Source: the human T2T-CHM13v2.0 reference genome, Homo sapiens
Strand: one strand, 5' to 3'
Assembly (NCBI RefSeq): GCF_009914755.1
Contig: NC_060930.1
Length of the DNA stretch: 64,000 nucleotides
Notes under the pieces: model-generated
The model's database searches: none
What the model saw: only the letters and a program-made list of their open reading frames with translations
Told to the model about the DNA's origin: nothing
Translations under genes and position numbers: made by a program
Part shown: in pieces, positions 54,750 to 64,000 of the stretch
How positions within the stretch are numbered: the stretch's first letter is position 1
Layout of the letters: the number at the start of each line of letters is the position of its first letter

Positions 54750-55057
54750 TTTGGTGGTGGTGTTGTTGTTTGCTTTCATTTTTGTTTCTGTTTTGAGACA
54801 GGGTCTCATTTTGTCATCCAGGCTGGAGTGCAGTGGTACGATCATGCCTTACTGCAGCCTCAACCTCAAGTGATCCTCCCACCAAATCTTGAGTACAGGC
54901 ATATGCCAACATACAGAGCTAATTTTTAAAAAAATTTTGTAGAGATAGGGTCTCCCTATGTTGCCCAGGCTGGTCTTGAATTCCTGGGCTCAAGAAATTT
55001 TCCCTTCTGGGCCTCCCAAAGCACTGGAATTACAGACATGAACCACCATGTCCAGTC
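54750..55057 (-). mobile_element. AluJ (AluJo-like) with small internal deletions
   Basis: ttgagacagggtctc...gcagcctcaacc...ctatgttgcccaggctggtcttgaattcctgggctcaag. Confidence 0.85.
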
Positions 55058-56099
55058 TATTTCTGTCATACATCTAATTTAGCCATGCAGTTAGCCCATT
55101 TAACTTTTGTCTCTTTAAGATAATACTTAAATTTTCACTCAGTGTGTTTCAAGTATATGTCCTTATTTTACATGTGCTATTATCTATAAGTATAATTGAT
55201 AATTAAAGAATTTCTACATAATTATTCTAGTGCAACTGAGATATATATATCTTCAAATTTCAAAAATATTCAGTTATGTTATTTCACTGGAAAATGTAAC
55301 ATATTCTTTAAAGCTGTGGGCTACTTGGTACACTAAACACTGCTCCAAAGTATAGTGTCAGTTCAAATTCAGAAGTGAGTATTTTTTAAGTTTATATTTA
55401 TATGCCTCTAAACTGTCTAATGATAATTCAGGTCATGCTTTTTCATTGGTTGGCATTAAAAATCTATTATTTTATCTCTATTGAACTTAATTAAATGCTA
55501 GTTTGCTCAAAGTACCATGACCAGTAATAAATTAAATATATTCCTGGCAAGTCTATTCAAAAATAATATATCTCTCATTCCCATTAAATGACACTCATAT
55601 TATAATTATAATTCCAAAGGTAAAGAGGGACATTTTCTAAATATATTTTGATGATCAATTTTTTTATATTCACATATCACATCTCCAGCACAAATACCTA
55701 ATTAGAAATTTTCCTTATCTTAATCTTTGATAATCATCACTTTTCTCACGAAGTAAAAATATACAACTACAGTCTTTAGCCACATGATAGTTTATTGTGA
55801 TTAGAGCCCTTGTCACCAAGTAACCCTGCCTATAGTTAGAATAATTCTTCACTTACAGACTTATTTTCAGGCCACCTAACTAGCTATGTGGACATATAAT
55901 GACATATATCGACCACATAAGACATTAAATTTTAAGAAAAGAACACAAAAATGCTCAAGAACCATTACACTACAAGGAAAACAGCATTATGTACTAGAAG
56001 AAAACACAGACCTAAAGCAAATAAATACTCTCAGGTAATATCATTGTTGTCATAGTAAGCGTGTAGGAGGCACAGAACTTCACAGAGGATGAAAAAAGA

Positions 56100-56550
56100 T
56101 ACTGAGCTTGTGTGTCTCATGGCTTCCTAGAGAAGTCATCCTATCCAGAGTTTCATAGGCTGTATAGGGAATTGCTACATAGATGAGGGGGCATTGTGAG
56201 CCTGTGCTGGGCTCAGGGGCCAGACACATCATGGTGGTCTTGGGAAACCACAAGTAGTCTGGTACTGTTGCTTCCAAAAGTGTGAAAGCCTGGGGGAGGT
56301 AAACAGGGGCCAGACCACACATGGCCTCACAGATCATGCTAAGAAGCTTGAATTTAATTATGTGGGAAAGGGGAATTACTAAAAGGTTTTCACAAAGGAG
56401 GCCAGTCAGGAGCTCTTTGTTTAGTCCAGGTAAGAAACGACAGAATTTTATCAAATGACACCAGCAAAACAAATGGAAAGATGGAATTCATACAGGTGTA
56501 GGGTATAAAATGGACAGATCTTGGTGTCTGGTTAGAAGTTCAACCTGAGG
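56100..56550 (-). mobile_element. L2 relic
   Basis: gggaaaccacaagtagtctgg...ggggccagaccacacatggcctcacagatcatgctaagaagcttgaattt. Confidence 0.55.
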
Positions 56551-57799
56551 TGTGGCAGGAAAGGGAGAGACAAGCAGAGCAGGAGTCCCAGGTAGAACCT
56601 GACTCAGTAAGAACCCAGTCCAACCTCTGCCATGCATTGTGCACCTCAGTGTCCCCACCTCTCAGAGAAGGAGTGAGACAAGATTATCTCTAAGGTCCCT
56701 TCCAATACAAACATGTTGTAATCCTACCTTATGAATCTAGCCTTTCTGTAGCACAGAGACAGGACCAGCTCCAGTGTTAGGCAGAAGGCTGGAGGGACAA
56801 ATATCACTCAAAAAAAAAAAAAAAAAGCTCAGGCTTGCCATTAAAGGCATTGAATGCAAATAGACACAAATTATTAAACATCTTTAAATGTGAACCTATT
56901 TGATAAGTGTGAGGTCTTATCATCTAACCATCTCATGTCTGAAAGGAAATAAGATTGTAAGTTCTTTAAGAAAGACATCAATTTCTTGTGGTATTCATTA
57001 TCTAATACACTGTGCCTGCTTCACCCTAAAAAAAAAAAAAAAAAAATCAAATGTGATTGCTTGATTATAATGTTCCGGGCATTTGGAATATTGTTCTACA
57101 TTGGAAACGAATTTTATTTATATCATCATCTGAGAGACCATGTAGTAATACATAACATATTCAAATTGCCTGCCATACAGACTGCAAAAGCCTGAGTTTT
57201 CTCTCTCCCTCTACAAAAGGCAAACAACAAATCCTCAAGGGTCTTGTAAATGTTACAGGAAGTTTGTAAGCTAAGTAGATTTTTGCAATGCTAACGATTT
57301 TTCTTTCTTGCCGAGACTCATTTACTTACTCAAAATAGCAACATTCCTTTTCCTTATATATATTTCATTTTCCTTCTCCAAAGCCAGAGTTTAAGTACAC
57401 AATTCTGAAAATTGTCAATCAGCCTGATTCTCCCTGTGGCTAAGCTACTCCATAATTATAAGCTAGACATCCTCTTAGGTCACTAGGGTCTCAAGTCTGT
57501 GAATATTTATAAAATAGTCTCCCCAGTGAGCAAATAAATGTTAATGCTTCTACCAAACGTGATTAACAAAAAAACTTATTCTCATGAAGAAGTGCATAAT
57601 TGTAATAAGATCAGAAATTAACTCAAACTCCAATAACAATTAACTTAGAATTGTTTTTAGTGTAGGAAATATTATTGCAAGCTTTAATCTGTAAGTTATA
57701 GTGTTTCTAAGACAAAAACCTCAAAAAGCATTAACACGCGGTTCTCGAAGGTTTCTGCCGGAACTCCATTTATGCATACAACTAATTCACTTATCCTAC

Positions 57800-57950
57800 C
57801 ACATGTATTCATTCAAAACACATGTTGAATTCCTTTTATAAGCAAAGAATCCAGTATACAGAAGTAAATACCACTGGCATGGTCCCTAGCCTCATAGAAA
57901 TTAAAGTCACCAAGTCGCCTCCTGGCAGAGACAGATAGTCAACAAGAAGT
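57800..57950 (-). mobile_element. L2 3' end relic
   Basis: attcattcaaaacacatgttgaat...catggtccctagcctcatagaaattaaagtc. Confidence 0.5.
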
Positions 57951-59169
57951 ATTACAAATATTGTTTCTCCCCAAGGCTGAGCCCCAGCCTCACTCCCAGC
58001 AGCTTCCGCCTGCTGAGTTGAAGGTACCCATGTTGTCTGAGCAGCTATTCAACTTTTTATTACACTGATGGAGGTACTGGGCAAGGTAGTAGAAAGAAAA
58101 AGAAAAGCCAGAAAATCTAGAAATGTTAATGATATTTAGAGTAGAAATAACAGAGCTACTTCTGGGAGGAAAAGAGCTGCTACTATAAGACAGGAAACAG
58201 CTCTATATACTCTGGGTTTTGACCAATGTTGCTGACCACGATGGAAAAACAAGGACTACTGAATTTATCCCCCTGCCATGAACAACTAGAAAAATGGAAA
58301 AAACATGAAACAATGGCTTTGTGTTTTCTCAAGGGCAGGCAGTCAAAATTTTGGGGTTTTTTTGAATAAAATGCCAGATTTCCTCGAATGTGAGCTTTAA
58401 TGGTTGGCCTTGTTTGTGTTATAGTTGGACAGCTACTAGCCATCAGAGATTTAGAGCCAAAGTGCAATACTCACCTTGCCTCAGACAAAATATTCACTGC
58501 ATATTTGTGCAAAAGGAACACCTTTACTCTGGCAGAAGGAATATTGCAATTACAGGGTACAGAGATACAAAGTGGCCATTCTTAGACATTTACACAGAGC
58601 CAGAGAGAAATAATGAATACTACTCTAAGAATTCTTGATGGGTTCACTAAACTGAAGAAGCTGAAGAAATGAAGCCTTCTAGCAACTCAGCTTCCATGGA
58701 TATCATATTTCTTAAGAAATTAGGATCTCTGGATGAAGAAGGTGATCAATGGCAGACAAGTTGGGACTACTTCAAGGCCTTTGGTGCATTTCAACATCTG
58801 AGATCAGACTGCTGAAGATTCAGCTGCCACCATGAGTCAATTGGGTAAGCACACATAGGAAAAAGAATGCTACTTGAAATTTGGGAAAGGTAGGTAAGTT
58901 TCCTAGCAGGCATTGGGACTGAGAAAACAAGAGGCTGAGTCATTTTTAGAGCATGCCACAGAAATGATGCCCATGTGAATGACAAACATAAGAGAGAAAT
59001 GCTGCTCTCTAAGCAGGAGGGACTGGGCTGTACTAGGTATTATGCATGTCATCAAAATGCTCAGGATCTCTGTATCTGTGGCAGACAACTTCACAGTTCC
59101 ACAAAGAGTATACAGCAGAGTAGAGAACACCTGGGATTCACAGTCTGATCTCATAAACCTGAGCCTAAG

Positions 59170-59380
59170 TGACCTAAATCAAAGGTCACGACCTGGTTGT
59201 ACTTGACAGGTAGAATATTTTATTTGATCTGCACAATGTTTTAGAAATCGGAAAATTTCTCACAGAAATCTATACTGTTGCATTCTCTGAAAAGATTAGA
59301 AAAACTAGAACACTAAATAATGGCAGCCAGACTTTTCTAAATGGAGCATGGACCCACCAGTCCCCTCAGTCTCTCTCTTC
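59170..59380. mobile_element. Possible hAT-Charlie (MER102-like) relic
   Basis: gaaaatttctcacagaaatctatactgttgcattctctgaaaagattagaaaaactagaacact resembles MER102 internal sequence. Confidence 0.35.
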
Positions 59381-59382
59381 TC

Positions 59383-59594
59383 TATGCTGGTTCATCCAAT
59401 ATGGCAGACATTACTTCTCTGCTTCTTCCTTGGAAATAGCTGGCTTTCTTTAAGGCAGCAATGATGCCAGCATCCAGAAAAATACTTACTTTGGAAAACA
59501 TCCTTTTGCAGCAAATGGTGGCCATGTGACAATGTTCTGGCCAGTAAAACATCAGGAAGTTATAGGAAGGCCTTACTTTTCCTTCTTAAAAGAT
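59383..59594 (+). mobile_element. ERVL LTR fragment (LTR33/LTR16-like)
   Basis: ttgcagcaaatggtggccatgtgacaatgttctggccagtaaaacatcaggaagt. Confidence 0.55.
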
Positions 59595-59642
59595 GTGCCG
59601 TGTGTGTGTGTGTGTGTGCGTGTGTGTGTGTGTGTGTGCGCG
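59595..59642. repeat. (GT)n microsatellite with GC interruptions
   Basis: gtgtgtgtgtgtgtgtgtgcgtgtgtgtgtgtgtgtgtgcgcg. Confidence 0.9.
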
Positions 59643-59644
59643 CA

Positions 59645-62132
59645 AAGTGGCAGATGGAGGCATTGCAAGCATACTTCTCCCACTTGGAAGGACAAAGTAG
59701 CATGTAGAGATTCACACTGTGAACTGTTTTTTTCAAGAAGCAATGCAGGAACTAAACAGGAAAACCAAAGGAATCCACAGATCCTTTGAAGGAAACGATA
59801 GGCTACAGCCTATACTGTAATTCAAGTGAAGGATTGTGAGTCCCCAGAGTGTGAAAGGGGGAGAGACTGCCTCCAGACTATACACCCCTATGGGGGAGCC
59901 TGAAAGTCCAAGCCATGGGGGAAGACCTTAACCCTATAGAGCACAGAAACTGACTTAAGGAGAGTCCTGGAATATAAAAGTAAGAGAACCAGTGGGAAGA
60001 ACCTTGAGGGTACTCTCAATCTCCAGCACAGACCAAGGGAAGCCATTCCTAATTGGTCATCATAGGAGACCCTTCAGAAGTCAGCCAAATATTTCAGGTA
60101 GTGGTCACAGGTTGAAAGAAGCCCCCACCTGGGTTTCATGATATAACCTCAGGTGGGGACAAACTCCTTTGGCCAGGGATGGGTGGGGGCTGGGGGAAGA
60201 GGGGACACAAGTGAAAAGTGGACTGCAGCTGTGAGTGCAGAAGCTGGGCACCAGTCTTTGCAGGTGGATTGGGAAGTATGTGGCCTGAAATCTGTGGTTG
60301 CTGTCTTTACAGGGAGAGGTTTTGACCTGGGGCAGTTGCGAGTTCTGTGTGCAGGCTGCCTAGAACGTAGCTCACTGCTGCCAGTGGAACACTGAAGGAG
60401 ATGATCTGCCTTGCCAAGTGTATGGGATCCGTGTGGGGCTGACTGCCACCTGCTACTCCCCACTCTCTGTGTGAGCTTGTCTGTGCAGGAGAGGCAGCAA
60501 CACTCCCCTCTAGAACATCAACCCAGTGGCCTGAGAACCACCCCTATCCCCCAAAACCCACAGAGGCTGCTGCTTGCCCTGCACATGGAGACTCAGAAAG
60601 CAAACCCACCTGACCCAGCCCCTACCTGGCTTTGCCCTGCCACCCACCCTTGTAGCTTAACACAAAGGACAGAAACTTTTGGGAGCTCTATGGCCTTACC
60701 CACTGCCTGAGGAAATAAAGTACCCACCCAGGGCAACGCAGGCAAGCAAAAATCCCACTGCTACTACCCCAGCTGGTGCTCTTTAGCAAGTGCCACCTAC
60801 TGGCTGGATGACAACCAACAAAGACCATTATAGCATCTCCTAGTAGAATAACACTGTGCCCAGGAAGGAGAAAACAGCTGCATGACCTCAGCTATCACCA
60901 CTGCCTGTACCACTTGGACTAACCAGGAGGTCCTGAGTCTGTCCACATGACCAGTTCATTACTACTATAACCAGCACTTGAGAAAGCCAACACACTAAGA
61001 TTATCAATGAGACTTGAGGAGAAGTCACATCAGTGGATCCCTTGCAACACCAACCTGGAGTGTGGCAACTTCACTGGGTGGCTAGATCCAGAGGAGCAAC
61101 AACACTCACAGTAGTCTGGCTCCCAGGGACTCCCACTCCTATGGAAGGGGGAGTACACCACATCATGAAAACACCCTGTAGGACAAAAGAATCTACAGAG
61201 CAGGCCTTCAGCACCAGTTCTTTCTGCTTGTGGGAAGTTTCAGCAGAAGCACAATTGCAGTGCTGTGTTCAGCAGGGAAACTTTGCAGCTCTAATCCAAC
61301 AGTCAGACAGCCCTAGCACACATGAAGGGACTTGGAGAAGTGGATGTCTTTCCTCCCTGGTGCGCAACCACAAGCACAGTTGGGGCTTCTATCACAGGAG
61401 CTTAGTGTGGGTGCAACTATAGACAGCCTTTCTGGAACATATCAGGGTGACCGCATACCTACAGGAGGAGCATCCTCCAGGTTCAGGCTTGCACGAGAAA
61501 TAGAGTCACAATTGCTCTCTACTTGAAACATCAACATTCCTACAGACAAAAAGAGGTGCCTGTCTGATATGAATAGCCAGAGCACTGGGACAGGAGTGTG
61601 CCTGAGAGGTAGATAGCTTTCCTGCTGATCTGGCAGTGGAACTGAGTTGGAGTTGGATCCAACCCTTCCCCCTGATAAGACCAGGTCAGCAAGAAAGCTC
61701 TCTGCCTCTCAGGCACAAATGGGTTTAACAGATGTTTACAGAAAATTCTACCTAACACCTGCAGAATATACATGCTCATCAGCATATGGAACATTCTCCA
61801 AGATAGACCATATGATAGACCACAAAACAAATCTCAATAAATTTTTAAAAATTGAAGTCATATCAAGTATTTTCTCAGACCACAGCAGAATAAAATTAAA
61901 AATCAACTCCAAAAGTAACCCTTAGAACTATACAAATAATCTGCTCCTGAATTATTTTGGGGTTAACAATGAAATCAAGATGGACATTTAAAAATTCTTT
62001 GAATTAATAATAATGATGACACAAGTTATCAAAACCTCTGGGATACAGCAAAAAGCAGTGCTAAGATGAAAGTTTATAGTGCTAAATGCCTACCTCAAAA
62101 AGTCAAGTCTGAAAGAGCACAAGGTGACAACT
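59645..62132 (+). mobile_element. Old L1PB/L1MA element: long 5'UTR joined directly to an ORF2 EN fragment
   Basis: gtggcagatggaggc...gaatccacagatcctttgaagg 5' end; from about 61715 an EN-like frame (GTFSKIDHMIDHKT...SDHSRIKL). Confidence 0.7.
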
Positions 62133-62897
62133 CCTAAAAGAGCTCCTGAAGGAAGCACTAAACATGGAAAGGAACAACTGGTACCAGCCACTGCAAAATC
62201 ATGCCAAAATGTAAAGACCATCGAGACTAGGAAGAAACTGCATCAACTAACGAGCAAAATAACCAGCTAACATCATCATGACAGGATCAAATTCACACAT
62301 AACAATATTAACTTTAAATGTAAATGGACTAAATGCTCCAATTAAAAGACACAGACTGGCAAATTGGATAAACAGTCAAGACCCATCAGTGTGCTGTATT
62401 CAGGAAACCCATCTCACATGCAGAGACACACATAGGCTCAAAATAAAAGGATGGAGGAAGATCTACCAAGCAAATGGAAAACAAATAAGGCAGGGGTTGC
62501 AATCCTAGTCTCTGATAAAACAGACTTTAAACCAACAAAGATCAAAAGAGACAAAGAAGGCCATTACATAATGGTAAAGGGATCAATTCAACAACAAGAG
62601 CTAACTATCCTAAATATATATGCACCCAATAGAGGAGCAACAAGATTCATAAAGCAAGTCCTGAGTGACCTACAAAGAGACTTAGACTCCCACACATTAA
62701 TAATGGGAGACTTTAACACCCCACTGTCAACATTAGATAGATCAACGAGACAGAAAGTCAACAAGGACACCCAGGAATTGAACTCAGCTCTGCACCAAGC
62801 GGACCTAATAGACATCTACAGAACTCTCCACCCCAAATCAACAGAATATACATTTTTTTCAGCACCACACCACACCTATTCCAAAACTGACCACATA
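62133..62897 (+). mobile_element. Internal fragment of a young L1PA (end of ORF1, spacer, EN 5' part) with no 3' end (copy D)
   Basis: cctaaaagagctcctgaagg...MTGSNSHITILTLN...ccaaaactgaccacata; both neighbours are older L1 sequence. Confidence 0.9.
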
Positions 62898-64000
62898 CAT
62901 GGACACTCTTATAGACATGCAAAATGCTCTGGAAAGTCTCAGCAATAGAATTGAACAAGCGGAAGAAAGAAATTCAGAGCTCTAAGACAAGGTCTTTGAA
63001 TTAACCCAATCCAACACAGACAAAGAAAAAAGAATAAGAAAATATGAACAAAGCTTCCAAGAAGTCTGGGATTATGTTAAACAACCAAACCTAAGAATAA
63101 TTGGTGTTCCTGAGGAAGAAGAGAAATCTAAAAGTCTGGGAAACATATTTGGGGAAATAATCAAGGAAAACTTCCCCAGCTTTGCTAGAGACCTAGACAC
63201 TGAAATACAGGAAGCACAAAGAACACCTGGGAAGTTCAACGCAAAAAGATCATCACCTAGGCACATTATTGTCAGGTTATCTAAAGTTAAGACAAAGGAA
63301 ATCATCTTAAGAGCTTTGAGACAAAAGCACCAGGTAACCTAAAGAAGAAAACCTATCAGATTAACAGCAGATTTCTCAGCAGAAATCCTACAAGCTAGAA
63401 GGGATTGGGGCCCTATCTTCAGCCTCCTCAAACAAAAGAATTTTGTATCCAGCAAAACTAAGCTTCATATATGAGGGAAAGATACAGTCTTTTTCAGACA
63501 AACAAATGCTGAGAGAATTCACCACTACCAAGCCACCAGTATAAAAACTGCTAAAAGTAGCTCTAAATCTTGAAACAAATACTGAAAACACATCAAAACA
63601 GAACCTCTTTAAAGTATAAATCGTACAGGACCTATAAAACAAAAATACAAGTTAAAAAACAAAAACAAAAAATCAAGGTACACAGGCAACAAATAGCACA
63701 ATGAATGGAATGTTACCTCACATCTCAATACTAACATTGAATGTGAATGGCCTAAATGATCCACTTAAAAGATACAGAATTGGAGAATGGAAAAGAATTC
63801 ACCCACCAACTATCTGCTGCCTACAAGTGACTCACCTAACACATAAGGACTCACAGAAACTTAAGGTAAAGGGATGGAAAAAGACATTTTATGCAAATGG
63901 ATACCAAAAGTAAGCAGGAGTGGCTCTTATATCAGACAAAATAAAATTTAAAGCAACAGCAGTTAAAAAGGCAAAGAGGGACACTATATAATAATAAAAG
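62898..64000 (+). mobile_element. L1PB-like ORF1 3' part and ORF2 start, running off the window
   Basis: atgcaaaatgctctggaaagtctcagcaatagaattg...; ORF 63701..63913 MNGMLPHISILTLNVNGLN. Confidence 0.85.

Noticed and set aside
56810-57046. Two isolated poly(A) runs as processed-pseudogene tails
   Set aside because: No TSDs or recognisable upstream transcript; treated as mononucleotide repeats
58183-59206. Cluster of 60-95 aa ORFs in unique DNA
   Set aside because: No recognisable domains, overlapping on both strands, lengths within chance expectation

Overview
Primate (human or great-ape-like) genomic DNA. It is AT-rich, CpG-depleted and dominated by transposable elements, consistent with a gene-poor intergenic or large intronic, LINE-rich region. 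I recognise no host protein-coding gene, RNA gene or CRISPR array. Nearly all long ORFs in the track are decayed L1 ORF1/ORF2 pieces, their antisense frames, Tigger1 transposase remnants, or Alu/simple-repeat artefacts. Bases 1-27 kb are unique DNA with MIR/L2 relics, two AluS, several solo LTRs and one 5'-truncated L1PA3-like element with a perfect 16-bp TSD. Bases 27-55 kb are a nested stack. An old L1M host carries Tigger1, a twin-primed 5'-inverted L1PA3-like element, MER2 and an L1PA15-like element. That L1PA15-like element hosts a full-length L1PA3/4-like element, which in turn hosts a candidate L1 3' transduction. Bases 59.6-64 kb are a rearranged L1PB/L1MA region bridged by a tail-less young L1 fragment. 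I see no evidence of a new gene system. The most unusual signals are: (i) interleaved, tree-incompatible sharing of derived variants among neighbouring young L1 copies (local gene conversion or assembly mixing); (ii) the nested 3' transduction; (iii) a tail-less internal L1 patch; (iv) an L1 insertion-associated deletion of about 475 bp; (v) a MIR-derived 63-bp-arm fold-back hairpin. Subfamily names come from remembered consensus features and need RepeatMasker/Dfam confirmation.
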